From: Thermodesulfobacteriota bacterium
Lineage (GTDB): Bacteria; Desulfobacterota; UBA8473
Direction of reading: 5' to 3'
Length of the DNA stretch: 64,000 nt
Assembly: GCA_040757775.1 (NCBI GenBank)
Contig: JBFLWQ010000007.1
Span: 1,728-65,727, forward strand
This document shows positions 44,196 to 54,865 of this stretch, piece by piece. Each line of letters opens with the position of its first letter. Within the stretch, counting starts at the first letter, position 1. The translations under genes were made by a program, and so were the position numbers. A model generated the notes under the pieces. The model was given only the letters and a program-made list of their open reading frames with translations. It did no database searches and was not told where the DNA came from.

Positions 44196-44311
44196 CGACC
44201 CCTTCAGCAGCACACTTAAGTGTGCTGTTAAAAAGGATGGGATTGCTTTGCCTGCCTGTGGCGGGCTCGTAATGACAGGAATAGGTGTATTTTCAAATGA
44301 AAGAAGCGATG
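44196..44311 (+). repeat. R-element copy 2: 20-bp perfect palindrome CAGCACACTTAAGTGTGCTG (44208..44227) + hairpin GCCTGCC-TGTG-GCGGGC + conserved leader running into the amrS start
   Basis: Homologous to 13050..13164. The hairpin arms carry compensatory changes relative to copy 1. Confidence 0.75.
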
Positions 44312-45310
44312 TTGTATGATAAATTAAGAGACGGAAAGGTTAAGTGCAACCTGTGCAATCATAGATGCGCCATTGCTCCCTTAAAGAGGGGGGTATGTGG
44401 TGTGCGGGAGAACAGGGAAGGGATTCTCTATTCTCTTGTCTACAATAAGGCTATTTCAAGAAACATAGACCCTATAGAAAAGAAGCCTATCTTTCATCTC
44501 TTTCCCGGCTCGAAATCCTTCTCAGTAGCCACCGCAGGATGTAATTTCAAGTGTCTACACTGTCAGAATTCGGATATTTCCCAGATGCCCATAGATCAGG
44601 ACCGAATTCTTGGCAGAGATTTTTTGCCCAAAGAGATCGTCTCTGAAGCCTTACAACACAAATGTAAAAGCATCTCATATACTTATACAGAACCCACCAT
44701 ATTCTTTGAATACGCTTACGATACTGCTGAGTTGGCTCATAAACAGGGGATAAAAAATGTGTTTGTTACCAATGGTTATATGACCAAAGAGGCGCTTCAT
44801 ACTATAAGACCATATCTGGATGCAGCGAATGTGGACCTTAAGGCATTTTCTGATGATTTCTATAAAGAGATTTGTGGTGCCAAACTGAACTCTGTGCTCG
44901 ATTCCATAAGGACGTTGAAGGAGATGAGGGTTTGGATCGAGATTACCACCCTGATAATACCCACATTGAACGACGGTGAAGAGGAGCTTAAGGGTATTGC
45001 AGAATTTATCAGGGAAGTAGGGGAAGACATACCCTGGCATGTAAGTGCCTTCCATCCTACCTATAGGTTGCTTGACCGACCAAGAACATCTGCAAAAATG
45101 CTTCACAGGGCAAGGGAGATAGGCATGGAGGTTGGCTTAAGGTATGTCTATTGTGGTAACATTCCTGGAGATGAAGGGGAAAATACCTATTGTTATAACT
45201 GCAAGAAATTGCTGATACAAAGATATGGATACCAGATATTACAGAACAGAGTTAAGGATGGTCTCTGTCCGGATTGTGGGGTAAAGGTCGATGGAATTGG
45301 TTTTGGATAA
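44297..45310 (+). CDS. amrS: AmmeMemoRadiSam-system radical SAM enzyme
   Basis: N-terminal Cys cluster (CNLCNHRCAIAPLKRGVCGVR) plus radical SAM CNFKCLHCQN. The start region is donated by the R-element. Confidence 0.8.
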   Translation: MKEAMLYDKLRDGKVKCNLCNHRCAIAPLKRGVCGVRENREGILYSLVYNKAISRNIDPIEKKPIFHLFPGSKSFSVATAGCNFKCLHCQNSDISQMPIDQDRILGRDFLPKEIVSEALQHKCKSISYTYTEPTIFFEYAYDTAELAHKQGIKNVFVTNGYMTKEALHTIRPYLDAANVDLKAFSDDFYKEICGAKLNSVLDSIRTLKEMRVWIEITTLIIPTLNDGEEELKGIAEFIREVGEDIPWHVSAFHPTYRLLDRPRTSAKMLHRAREIGMEVGLRYVYCGNIPGDEGENTYCYNCKKLLIQRYGYQILQNRVKDGLCPDCGVKVDGIGFG

Positions 45311-45417
45311 GGATAGCTTACTATGGTTGGAGAGTATAAATTGAAAGGGAGTGTCGCCTAAAAGTATCTGGTTGATATAGAAGGATTATTTAATAAAATT
45401 AACAAGGAGGGACAAAA

Positions 45418-46122
45418 ATGGCAAATACTATTATTAAATGGTTGAGTCATGCTTTTTTTTCCATCACAACATCCAGGGGCAAAGTAATCTTAATAGATCC
45501 ATGGGTAGACGGTAATCCATTGTGCCCTGTCAAGCTCGATGATATAACCAGGGCTGATCTTATTCTGGTTACCCATGACCATTTTGACCACTGTGGAAAT
45601 GCGGCAGACATCTCTAAAAAAACCGGCGGGGTAGTGATAGGGCAGCCTGAGACGGTTGGAAGGCTAAAAACAGGGCTTTCTTTACCCGAGGGGAATGTAA
45701 TATTTGGTGGCTTTGGAATGAATATAGGCGGGAGTGCGACTATAGACGGCATCTCCGTTACCATGACCCAAGCATTTCATTCATCTGAAACTGGTTCCCC
45801 ATGTGGGTACATCATTAAATTGGAAAACGGGCTTACCATTTACCACGCAGGAGATACCGGTATCTTTGCAAGCATGAAGACTCTGGGAGATATCTATACT
45901 ATTGATATAGCCCTGCTTCCTATAGGCAGCTGCTTCACCATGGATCCTATTCAGGCTGCTGCTGCCTTGAAACTCCTAAGACCCAGAAGAGTGATACCTA
46001 TGCATTACAAGACCTTTCCTATCCTGGAGCAAGATGCCAGCAGGTTCGTTGATCTCGCAAAGAAGGAAGCACCTGCTGTTGAGTTAATAGTCCTTGAGCC
46101 TGGAGAGGAATACGTTATCTGA
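45418..46122 (+). CDS. UPF0173-type metal-dependent hydrolase (MBL fold)
   Basis: VTHDHFDHCGN metallo-beta-lactamase motif; 234 aa. Confidence 0.75.
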   Translation: MANTIIKWLSHAFFSITTSRGKVILIDPWVDGNPLCPVKLDDITRADLILVTHDHFDHCGNAADISKKTGGVVIGQPETVGRLKTGLSLPEGNVIFGGFGMNIGGSATIDGISVTMTQAFHSSETGSPCGYIIKLENGLTIYHAGDTGIFASMKTLGDIYTIDIALLPIGSCFTMDPIQAAAALKLLRPRRVIPMHYKTFPILEQDASRFVDLAKKEAPAVELIVLEPGEEYVI

Positions 46123-46129
46123 GAAGACA

Positions 46130-46154
46130 GGGGGGCTTTAAAGCCCCCCTTTTA
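46130..46154 (+). terminator. Rho-independent terminator: 20-bp perfect palindrome GGGGGGCTTTAAAGCCCCCC + TTTT
   Basis: Read directly, 8 nt after the stop of the MBL-fold gene. Confidence 0.7.
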
Positions 46155-46268
46155 AGATCAAGTAAGGGGAAAACACCTTGACACAAACCGATTAATCAGA
46201 TATTTTTACGCCATTACTTGCTGCTGGCAGGTGGTTAAAGCCAGAATAACAATTAATAAGGAAGAAAG

Positions 46269-47432
46269 TTGATGTCTCATCGCCCTACAATTGCCGAAAT
46301 CGATCTTGATGCCATAAAGTTCAACTATGAACAACTACGGAAAAAAGTTGGCAAAGAGACGAAGATGCTGGCTGTGGTTAAGGCAGATGGATATGGACAT
46401 GGCGCCACATTTATATCGAAAGAGCTCCAGATGCTAGGGGTAGACCTGCTTGGTGTGGCTATATGTGAAGAGGGTATATCCTTGAGAAAGGCAGGGATAA
46501 AGAAACCGATTGTTATACTGAACGGCGTCTTCAAAGGGCAGGTTAAGGAAACCGTTAAATACAATCTCACTCCGGTTATCTTCGATTCAAATACTGCCCA
46601 AAGATTGTCTGATGAAGGTAAAAGGGTAAATAAACGGGTTAAGGTTCATGTGAAGATTGATACTGGCATGGGAAGGGTTGGGATTTTACCCAAAGACATA
46701 ACGCCATTTTTTACTAAATTAAAGGACATGCCAAATCTAGAGGTTGAAGGGGTACTATCTCATTTATCGACTGCCGATGGAGATAGCCCGGAAGATCGAG
46801 ATTTTATCTCTTTACAACTTCAGAGATTTGAAGAATGCATCAGAGAAATAGATATGCTCGGTTTCTATCCTCCTTTAAGGCACATCGCCAACAGTGCCGC
46901 GAGTGTCGATTTGCCGCCTTCCTTTTGCAACGTATTGCGACCTGGTTTAATGCTCTACGGGGCACACCCTTCTTCCAGGTTTGCCGAAAAGATCCAATTG
47001 AAACCTGTTATGAGCTTAAAGACAGAGATCATGCAAATAAAGAATATCCCTCCGGGATATAGTATCAGCTATAAAAGGACTTTTGTGACTCAACGGGATT
47101 CGGTTATAGCTACTTTACCTGTCGGCTATGCAGATGGTTATAGCAGGCTCTTGTCCAACAGAGGGACAGCATTGATTGGAGGGGAAAAGGCGCTGGTGGT
47201 TGGAACTGTGTGTATGGATATAACAATGGTCGATGTGACTAATATCCAAAACGTAAACGTGGGGGATGAGGCAGTCTTGATGGGGAGACAGGGAAATCAT
47301 GAAATTTCTGCTGATGAGATAGCTGAAAAGATGGGGACTATCTCTTATGAGGTCTTTTGTGGGGTAAGCAAGCGTGTCCCCAGGATTTATATAAAAGGCA
47401 GAAAGATTATCGGGAAGAAAACTTATGTTTAA
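46269..47432 (+). CDS. alr: Alanine racemase
   Basis: PLP-lysine motif AVVKADGYGHG; 387 aa. Confidence 0.9.
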   Translation: MMSHRPTIAEIDLDAIKFNYEQLRKKVGKETKMLAVVKADGYGHGATFISKELQMLGVDLLGVAICEEGISLRKAGIKKPIVILNGVFKGQVKETVKYNLTPVIFDSNTAQRLSDEGKRVNKRVKVHVKIDTGMGRVGILPKDITPFFTKLKDMPNLEVEGVLSHLSTADGDSPEDRDFISLQLQRFEECIREIDMLGFYPPLRHIANSAASVDLPPSFCNVLRPGLMLYGAHPSSRFAEKIQLKPVMSLKTEIMQIKNIPPGYSISYKRTFVTQRDSVIATLPVGYADGYSRLLSNRGTALIGGEKALVVGTVCMDITMVDVTNIQNVNVGDEAVLMGRQGNHEISADEIAEKMGTISYEVFCGVSKRVPRIYIKGRKIIGKKTYV

Positions 47433-48195
47433 GTTCTTTGATTTTTTGGGTTCTATGGTAATACACTTTATTGAAGAGGGCGGAAGAATAATGCTTCTCT
47501 TCATAAAGACACTCATGTGGACATTTCGCCCACCTCTAAACCCCAAAAACATTCTGCAACAGATGGAAGAAGTGGGGGTTAATTCCATTCCGGTGGTGCT
47601 TATAATGTCAATCTTTACTGGAATGGTCTTGGCTCTGCAGAGTTATACAGGATTTCGAAGGTTCAATGCCGAGGCATTCGTAGGTACAGTAGTTGCTCTG
47701 TCAATGGTTAGAGAACTTGGACCTGTGCTTTCTGGCTTAATGGTCTCGGGTAGAGTTGGGGCAGCTATGGCTGCCGAACTTGGTACTATGCAGGTTACAG
47801 AACAGATTGATGCCCTTTACACTCTCGCGACCAATCCCATCAAGTTTCTCATAGTCCCCAGATTCTTAGCCGCTCTCTTTGTAATGCCTTTATTGGTTAT
47901 CTTATCTGATATAATTGGGATTTTAGGGGGTTATCTCGTCAGTGTAGTTATGCTGGGTACCAATTCTACAATCTACATAAAAAGGACATGGGACTATATG
48001 GAACTGGATGATATATACACCGGTTTGTTAAAGGCCTGTGTCTTTGGAATAATAATCGCTACTATAAGTTGCTATCAAGGTTTTTATACCCGGGGCGGGG
48101 CTGAGGGGGTTGGTAAAGCCACAACCAGGGCGGTGGTGCTTTCCTCCTTAATAATCCTGATATCCAACTACTTCATTACTGCCCTGATGTTCTGA
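47425..48195 (+). CDS. mlaE: ABC transporter permease MlaE
   Basis: MlaE/Ttg2B family membrane protein; overlaps the alr stop. Confidence 0.85.
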   Translation: MFKFFDFLGSMVIHFIEEGGRIMLLFIKTLMWTFRPPLNPKNILQQMEEVGVNSIPVVLIMSIFTGMVLALQSYTGFRRFNAEAFVGTVVALSMVRELGPVLSGLMVSGRVGAAMAAELGTMQVTEQIDALYTLATNPIKFLIVPRFLAALFVMPLLVILSDIIGILGGYLVSVVMLGTNSTIYIKRTWDYMELDDIYTGLLKACVFGIIIATISCYQGFYTRGGAEGVGKATTRAVVLSSLIILISNYFITALMF

Positions 48196-48224
48196 AAATA
48201 GGGAGTAAGTCAAACCTGAAATGA

Positions 48225-48332
48225 GAGCTTTGAAAAACTTCTGCTATGTCATTTCGGCTCCCTCGCTTGTCATTCCGAATCCGCCTCTGGCGGATGAGGA
48301 ATCTTGTTATTTGAGTAGATTTTCAAAGCTCT
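48225..48332 (-). repeat. R-related 108-bp element with 13-bp terminal inverted repeats (AGAGCTTTGAAAA / TTTTCAAAGCTCT) around the hairpin GAATCCGCC-TCTG-GGCGGAT
   Basis: Its central hairpin is the same as in R copy 1 (13050..13164). Sits in the mlaE-mlaF spacer. Confidence 0.6.
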
Positions 48333-48360
48333 TCTGAAAGGAGCTAGTAAGCAGGCTGAA

Positions 48361-49149
48361 ATGTCAAAAGAAGACCAACAGGGCTCTAAGCCAGACAATA
48401 TGATTGTGGTTAGAAACCTCTACAAATCCTTTGGGAAGAACCACGTGCTTCAGGGATTAAATCTGGAAGTGAAGCGCGGTGAGGATATTGTAGTAATCGG
48501 CGGAAGTGGTACGGGAAAGAGTGTGTTGATCAAATGTATAATTGGTCTAATCAAACCCGATAAAGGGACCATAGTTGTGGATGGCGAAGATACATCTTCC
48601 TTCAATGAGGCGAAGCTCAATGAAATGAGGAAGAAGTTTGGTATGCTCTTTCAGTTCGGTGCCCTATTTGACTCAATGCCGGTATGGGAGAATGTGGGTT
48701 TTGGGTTAAAACAGCATACCAACCTTAAGGATGATGAGATACGGGGTATAGTTGCCGAAAAGCTTAACCTGGTTGGATTAAATGGTATTGAGGAGCTAAT
48801 GCCCTCTGAGCTCAGTGGCGGAATGAAAAAGAGGGTTAGTTTAGCCAGGGCAATAGCAATGGAGCCCGAAATCCTCCTCTACGACGAACCGACTACCGGG
48901 TTAGACCCTATAATGGCCGATGTAATCAATGAACTGATTATCCAGTTGAGGGAGAAGCTGAAGGTTACATCTATAGCCATCACCCATGATATGGTAAGTG
49001 CTTACAAAATAGGTGACAGGATCGCAATGCTCTATAAGGGCAAGATCATAGAAATAGGTACCCCTGGTGAAATAAGAAACTCAAAGAACGAGATAGTGCA
49101 GCAGTTTATTCAAGGAAAGTCAGAAGGACCAATAACCAGAGGGGAGTAA
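48361..49149 (+). CDS. mlaF: ABC transporter ATP-binding protein MlaF
   Basis: Walker A GGSGTGKS; ABC signature LSGGMKKRV. Confidence 0.85.
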   Translation: MSKEDQQGSKPDNMIVVRNLYKSFGKNHVLQGLNLEVKRGEDIVVIGGSGTGKSVLIKCIIGLIKPDKGTIVVDGEDTSSFNEAKLNEMRKKFGMLFQFGALFDSMPVWENVGFGLKQHTNLKDDEIRGIVAEKLNLVGLNGIEELMPSELSGGMKKRVSLARAIAMEPEILLYDEPTTGLDPIMADVINELIIQLREKLKVTSIAITHDMVSAYKIGDRIAMLYKGKIIEIGTPGEIRNSKNEIVQQFIQGKSEGPITRGE

Positions 49150-49167
49150 AGAATAGGAGGGTTTGTT

Positions 49168-50217
49168 ATGAAGAAGATGTCCACTGAAATAAAGGTAGGT
49201 GTGTTCGTGGTACTGGGAATACTTGTCCTTGCCTACATGACTGTAAATATAGAGAAGATAAGGATTGGCAGGGCGGTGGGATATAGAGTGTATACAAAGC
49301 TGGACTCTGCCTCAGGGTTGGTTAAGAATTCACCTGTCAGGATTGCAGGCGTTGAAGTAGGCAGGGTAGAAAACATTGCCCTCGATGCTGGAAAGGCAAA
49401 GGTGACCTTACGTCTCCCCTTTCAGGTAACCCTGCCCGTTGATTCTCTGGTTTATGTGAAATCAGAGGGACTCTTAGGCGAAAAGTATATCGAGATTCAA
49501 CCAGGTTCGTCTAAAGATGTATTTGCCCGGCAAAATGCTGAAATCAGGCAGGGGGCATCTCAGGTAGACATGGATCAGATATTTGCTCAAGTAAACTCTG
49601 TTGCCACAGATATTAAAGGAGTAACTGCCTCATTAAACAGGGTATTAGGGGGGCAAGAAGGCGAACAGACCTTGAGAAAGACCTTTGAAAATATTAAAGA
49701 GGTAACCAATGAGTTGAATATAACAGTGAAGCAAAATAGAGAAAAATTTAGTACTATTATGAATAATTTTGAAAAACTCAGCGGTAACCTGGTCGGGGTA
49801 TCTGCCAAGGCTGGAGATGCCTTTAACACTATAGACAGGGTCGCAAAGAAGATCGACAATGGGGAGGGAACCCTGGGTAAACTGGTGGCGGATAAAACTC
49901 TATATGACCAGTCCAAAGGTGCCATGGCAAGCCTTAACAATATAGTCAAAAAGATTGAAAAGGGGGAGGGAACTCTGGGTAAACTGGTGGCGGATAAAAC
50001 TCTATATGACCAGTCCAAAGGTGCCATGACAAGCCTTAACAATATAGCCAAAAAGGTTGAAAAGGGGGAGGGAACCCTGGGCAAATTGACTACTGACGAG
50101 ACCCTTTATACTGAGACAAAGAGTGCCCTAAAGAAGGTTAATAAGGCTGCCGGAGGGTTACAGGAGCAAACTCCTATAACTGTGTTGGGGACTGTTTTAG
50201 GTACTGTTTTGAAATAG
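49168..50217 (+). CDS. mlaD: MCE-domain protein MlaD with three ~28-aa C-terminal tandem repeats
   Basis: N-terminal TM + MCE domain. Three copies of GEGTLGKL(V/T)ADKTLYDQSKGAM.SLNNI.KK(I/V)EK encoded by ~84-bp DNA repeats at about 49850..50130. Confidence 0.8.
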   Translation: MKKMSTEIKVGVFVVLGILVLAYMTVNIEKIRIGRAVGYRVYTKLDSASGLVKNSPVRIAGVEVGRVENIALDAGKAKVTLRLPFQVTLPVDSLVYVKSEGLLGEKYIEIQPGSSKDVFARQNAEIRQGASQVDMDQIFAQVNSVATDIKGVTASLNRVLGGQEGEQTLRKTFENIKEVTNELNITVKQNREKFSTIMNNFEKLSGNLVGVSAKAGDAFNTIDRVAKKIDNGEGTLGKLVADKTLYDQSKGAMASLNNIVKKIEKGEGTLGKLVADKTLYDQSKGAMTSLNNIAKKVEKGEGTLGKLTTDETLYTETKSALKKVNKAAGGLQEQTPITVLGTVLGTVLK

Positions 50218-50240
50218 GAGAAGATACTTAAGGAGACAGG

Positions 50241-51740
50241 ATGAAGAGAACTATTGTCTTTATAATTACCCTTTTTCTCTTGATTCTTGCCTCCGGATGT
50301 GCCACTTCTCTTACAAACAACCGCAGATTGAATATGGAACCTTTATTCAATTATGACAGGGACACAGAGACAGAAGCATCTGAATTGGATGCTCTTGGTC
50401 CCCTTTTTACCTTTCAGTCTAAACCGAAGGAAAAAGAATACGGGTTTAGGCCCTTTTTTTATGTGAGGAAAAACGAAGATGACCATTTTAAGGAGGTAGA
50501 GTTCCTATACCCGCTTGGCAGGTACAGAAAAACAGACAAAGAAAGGGTTTCTCAGTTTGTTCCCTTTTTTTCTTCTCACAAGGATCTAACCGAAGACTCC
50601 AAGAAGCCCTCTGATTTCGGGTTCTTCCCTGTCTTCTGGGGAAAAGATGAGGAAGATAAGAGCTATTGGGGGGTTTTCCCTATATACGGACGGCTAAACC
50701 ACAGGTTTGGAAAGGATCAGATCCGCTTCGTTCTCTGGCCTGTGTATTCTGATTCTAAAGAGGACGATTCATGGACATATAACGTCCTTTGGCCAATCTT
50801 TTCTTATACCACAGGGGAAGGCAAAAGGGGGTTTAGAGTATGGCCTCTTTACGGACATGAAGAAAAAACGGGTGAATATTCAAAGAATTTCGCATTATGG
50901 CCTATATTCTTCTTTCAAAAAACTGACATGGATACTGACAACCCCCAAAGGTTTACGGCAGTTTTCCCGCTGTTTGCAGATACCAGCTCACCACAAAAGG
51001 ACTCAAGGACATTTCTTTGGCCTTTTTTCAACTATACCAATGACAAAGCGAATAATTATAAACAATGGGATATGCCCTGGCCAATCTTCCATTACAGCAA
51101 AGGAAAAGAAATTAAAAGCTTTAGATTGTTTCCCCTTTATGGATACAAGACAAGACCTGATTCAAAGACCCGTTTCTTTCTATGGCCATTATACACATAT
51201 GACAAAGAAATTCTTGAAGACCACGAGGACACAACTTATAGATTCCTGTTAATCAATAAATATCAAAGAATGGTATGGAAAGGGAATCTTAAGGACGCAA
51301 AATCCGTAAGAATATGGCCTATATTCTATTATAATAGAAAACAAGATGGCTCTGTTAAATTCTCCTTCCCGGAGATTATCCCCTTAGAGGATGAGGGATT
51401 TGAAAGAAACTGGGCACCACTTTTCAGGCTTTACCAATATAAGGGAGATGCCGAGGGTAATATGGAATCAAAATTCTTCTGGGGGCTTTACAGACACAAA
51501 AAGATGGATTCAAAAGAGTTTTTTGAGCTATCTTTTCTATTATCATATGAAAAAGAGAAAAATAGAATGTGCTTTTCTGTGTTAAAGGGGCTTTTTGAAT
51601 ACCAACAGGAAAACGGTGTGAATTCTATCAGGCTCCTTTATCTTCCTCGTTTAATAAAATGGGAATCCGGCGAAGAGACCCAGAATCAGCCGGTCTTGCC
51701 AGCCTCAAGAAGATTGGGAGAGAGCTGGGTTTATGACTAA
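50241..51740 (+). CDS. Lipoprotein built from ~14 degenerate ~20-25-aa repeats centred on a (L/V)WP(I/L)(F/Y) motif
   Basis: Lipobox ...LILASGC. Recurrent FVLWPVY, NVLWPIF, FALWPIF, FLWPFF, WPIFHY, FLWPLY, IWPIF etc. Confidence 0.6.
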   Translation: MKRTIVFIITLFLLILASGCATSLTNNRRLNMEPLFNYDRDTETEASELDALGPLFTFQSKPKEKEYGFRPFFYVRKNEDDHFKEVEFLYPLGRYRKTDKERVSQFVPFFSSHKDLTEDSKKPSDFGFFPVFWGKDEEDKSYWGVFPIYGRLNHRFGKDQIRFVLWPVYSDSKEDDSWTYNVLWPIFSYTTGEGKRGFRVWPLYGHEEKTGEYSKNFALWPIFFFQKTDMDTDNPQRFTAVFPLFADTSSPQKDSRTFLWPFFNYTNDKANNYKQWDMPWPIFHYSKGKEIKSFRLFPLYGYKTRPDSKTRFFLWPLYTYDKEILEDHEDTTYRFLLINKYQRMVWKGNLKDAKSVRIWPIFYYNRKQDGSVKFSFPEIIPLEDEGFERNWAPLFRLYQYKGDAEGNMESKFFWGLYRHKKMDSKEFFELSFLLSYEKEKNRMCFSVLKGLFEYQQENGVNSIRLLYLPRLIKWESGEETQNQPVLPASRRLGESWVYD

Positions 51741-51956
51741 ATAGTTCACCCTGAAAAACGAGAAGTTTCCTTTGGAGCGAACATGAGCAGGATTTTTGGG
51801 GTACCCATCTTGACGAAGCGGAAGATAAGTCAGCCTTTGGCGGATTTGACCCGCCAGAGGCGGGGAGTTCCTGAAAATGCCTGAAGCAAGTCTAGGATGG
51901 GTCAAAAAACCTGCGCGGGAGAGCGGAAAAGGGAATTCTTCAGAGTGGACTAAATA
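51739..51956 (+). mobile_element. MITE-like element copy B (~218 bp) with terminal inverted repeats AGTTCACCCTGAAAAA / TTCTTCAGAGTGGACT and flanking ACTAAATA
   Basis: ~85% identical to the reverse complement of 13803..14017. Inserted at the stop codon of the lipoprotein gene. Confidence 0.65.
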
Positions 51957-51977
51957 CAGATGAAAGGACTGAAAAAT

Positions 51978-53540
51978 ATGCCAAAGATTAAAAGGGCGTT
52001 GATAAGTGTCTCAGACAAAGAAGGGATTGGACAATTCGCCATGGGGCTAAATGGCATGGGAGTCGAAATACTATCTACAGGGGGGACAGCCTCTCTGCTG
52101 AAAGGGAATGGACTGCCCATAATATCTGTGTCTGATTATACCGGATTCCCGGAAATGTTAGATGGAAGGGTTAAAACCCTTCACCCAAAGATACACGGGG
52201 GGCTTCTCGGGCAGAGAAGCAATAAAGAACATTTGGACAAGATGAAAGAGCACGGGATTGAACCCATTGACATGGTAATAGTTAACCTCTATCCCTTCGA
52301 GGAAACAATAGCTAAAGAGGGATGTACCCTTTCCGAGGCTATTGAGAATATCGACATTGGGGGGCCTACCATGCTACGTTCTGCTGCCAAGAACTACACT
52401 GATGTTACTGTTATAGTTGATCCAGCAGACTACGACAGAGTGTTAAAAGAAATGAAAGAGAATGACGGGGTTGTATCGTTGGATACAAATTTCCGGTTGG
52501 CCAAAAAGGTTTTTCAGCTAACGGCAAGATACGACGGTGCCATTTCAAACTACCTGGGAAGCCTGGACAACAAAGAAAAAAGACATGGGTTCCCGGAGAC
52601 TCTTACCTTACAATTCGGGAAGAGCCAGGGATTGCGCTATGGTGAAAACCCCCATCAAGAGGCTGCGTTTTACACAGAAAGAAGCATTAAAGAGCCATGT
52701 GTATCCAATGCTTCCCAGCTTCAGGGAAAAGAACTCTCCTTCAATAATATCATTGACCTGGATGCTGCCTTAGAGACAGTGAAAGAATTTCAGGAGATAG
52801 CGGCTGTAATCATTAAGCACACCAATCCCTGCGGCGTAGCAACATCTGAAAAATCCTTAGTAAATGCCTATTGCAAGGCAAGGGATTGTGACTTTACATC
52901 TGCCTTTGGGGGAATCGTCGGTCTTAACCGAAAGGTTGATATCAAGACAGCAGGCGAGATTACTGCCACATTTATTGAGGCAATCATAGCACCAGGATAC
53001 GATGAGGATGCACTGGAAATATTAAAAGAGAAAAAAGACCTGAGGGTTCTCCTTGTTCCCAGCCTTGAAGGATACATTCAGGAAGGATACGACCTGAAAA
53101 AGGTTGTGGGGGGGCTTCTGGTACAGGATAGAGACCTGGGCATGGTAGACTTCAAATCTTTGAAGGTAGTCACTAAGAGAAACCCCGCAGAAGATGAACT
53201 TAAGGCTATGAGTTTTGCATGGAAGGTCTGTAAACATGTCAAATCCAATGCCATCGTATATTCCACCTCGGATCAGGTTGTTGGGATTGGTGCAGGACAG
53301 ATGAGTAGGGTGGATTCTTCCAAGCTAGCTGTAATGAAGGCAATTTTACCCACAGAGGGAACTGTTTTGGCTTCAGATGCCATGTTCCCTTTTCGAGACG
53401 GTGTAGATGCTGCTGCGGAAGCAGGGGTAACAGCCATTATACAGCCCGGAGGCTCTATAAGGGATGAAGAGATAATCCAGGCAGCCAACGAACACAATAT
53501 CGCCATGGTATTTACCATGATGAGGCATTTCAGGCATTAG
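51978..53540 (+). CDS. purH: Bifunctional AICAR transformylase / IMP cyclohydrolase
   Basis: [14 protein letters not shown] start with AAGGA RBS; highly conserved PurH. Confidence 0.95.
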   Translation: MPKIKRALISVSDKEGIGQFAMGLNGMGVEILSTGGTASLLKGNGLPIISVSDYTGFPEMLDGRVKTLHPKIHGGLLGQRSNKEHLDKMKEHGIEPIDMVIVNLYPFEETIAKEGCTLSEAIENIDIGGPTMLRSAAKNYTDVTVIVDPADYDRVLKEMKENDGVVSLDTNFRLAKKVFQLTARYDGAISNYLGSLDNKEKRHGFPETLTLQFGKSQGLRYGENPHQEAAFYTERSIKEPCVSNASQLQGKELSFNNIIDLDAALETVKEFQEIAAVIIKHTNPCGVATSEKSLVNAYCKARDCDFTSAFGGIVGLNRKVDIKTAGEITATFIEAIIAPGYDEDALEILKEKKDLRVLLVPSLEGYIQEGYDLKKVVGGLLVQDRDLGMVDFKSLKVVTKRNPAEDELKAMSFAWKVCKHVKSNAIVYSTSDQVVGIGAGQMSRVDSSKLAVMKAILPTEGTVLASDAMFPFRDGVDAAAEAGVTAIIQPGGSIRDEEIIQAANEHNIAMVFTMMRHFRH

Positions 53541-53559
53541 TAAATCCTAAGGAAATGAA

Positions 53560-54834
53560 ATGAAAATACTGGTAGTTGGATCCGGAGGCAGGGAACACGC
53601 TTTGGTCTGGAAGATCAACCAAAGTCCCAGAGTATCAAAGATATACTGTGCTCCCGGCAACGGAGGGATAAGCAAGCTTGCAGAGTGTGTTGACATTCAG
53701 GCTACAGATGTTCATTCTCTTTTAAAATTCGCAAAACAAGAAGAGGTCGGACTTACTGTTGTTGGTCCGGAGTTACCCTTAACCATGGGCATAGTCGATG
53801 AATTTGAGAAAGAAGGCCTCCGGATATTTGGCGCCAGTAAAAAATCGGCAGAGATTGAAGAGAGCAAGGCATTTGCCAAGGATCTGATGAAGAAATACGG
53901 GATACCCACAGCAGAATACCGCACATTCACCTCTAGAGACGAAGCAGTAGACTATATAAGAGAAAAAGGGGCCCCTCTTGTAATCAAGGCCGATGGACTG
54001 GCAGCGGGAAAGGGGGTTATCCCTGCCAAAACCATTGAAGAGGCTGTAGATGCCGTAGATCTTATTATAGTCAAAAAGGCATTCGGTGAGGCAGGCAAAA
54101 GGGTAGTAGTTGAGGATTTTTTAAGTGGTGAAGAGGCATCTTTTCTGGTCTTTACCGATGGTAAATATGTGATTCCCCTGCCATCTTCCCAGGATCATAA
54201 ACCAATATTTGATGAAGATAAGGGACCAAATACAGGTGGCATGGGAGCTTACTCCCCTGTCCCTATCGTAACAGAGAGTTTACATAAACAGATAATGAAA
54301 GAAATAATTCAACCGACCATAAGTGGTATGGCTTCAGAAGGAAGGAAATATAAAGGGGTCTTATATGCAGGATTGATGATTACGAATGGCTGGGCAAAGG
54401 TTTTGGAGTTCAACGCCAGATTTGGTGACCCTGAAACACAACCCTTGCTTATGAGGATGAAGAGCGATATAATTCCTGTTTTGGAGGCCACCATAGATGG
54501 AAATCTCCCTAAGATAAAGGTTGAATGGGATGAGAGGGCTGCTGTTTGTGTGGTTATGACATCTGGGGGGTACCCGGGAAGTTATCAAAAAGGCTTTGAC
54601 ATCACTGGGTTAGAAGAGATATCAAAGATACCAGGTGTCGAAGTGTTTCATGCGGGAACGGTTATAAAAGATGGAAAGATAATTTCAGATGGCGGAAGGG
54701 TTCTGGGGGTAACTGCGTTAGAATATGGGATTAAAGATGCCATTGGTTTAGCTTACAGGGCAGTTAAGAATATTCACTGGGAAGGTGTGTATTATCGGCA
54801 GGATATTGGCAGGAAGGCTTTAAATTGTAAATAA
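53560..54834 (+). CDS. purD: Phosphoribosylamine-glycine ligase
   Basis: MKILVVGSGGREHAL; ATP-grasp fold. Confidence 0.95.
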   Translation: MKILVVGSGGREHALVWKINQSPRVSKIYCAPGNGGISKLAECVDIQATDVHSLLKFAKQEEVGLTVVGPELPLTMGIVDEFEKEGLRIFGASKKSAEIEESKAFAKDLMKKYGIPTAEYRTFTSRDEAVDYIREKGAPLVIKADGLAAGKGVIPAKTIEEAVDAVDLIIVKKAFGEAGKRVVVEDFLSGEEASFLVFTDGKYVIPLPSSQDHKPIFDEDKGPNTGGMGAYSPVPIVTESLHKQIMKEIIQPTISGMASEGRKYKGVLYAGLMITNGWAKVLEFNARFGDPETQPLLMRMKSDIIPVLEATIDGNLPKIKVEWDERAAVCVVMTSGGYPGSYQKGFDITGLEEISKIPGVEVFHAGTVIKDGKIISDGGRVLGVTALEYGIKDAIGLAYRAVKNIHWEGVYYRQDIGRKALNCK

Positions 54835-54865
54835 CGCAGCAAAAAGGAGGAAAAAATCTGGTGCG

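Noticed and set aside
51705-51905. 66-aa minus-strand ORF inside MITE copy B (and 13638..13862 / 14170..14430 near copy A and the parA start)
   Set aside because: The homologous MITE copy has stop codons in the corresponding frame, so the ORF is not conserved between copies. The others overlap rsmG/parA coding sequence.
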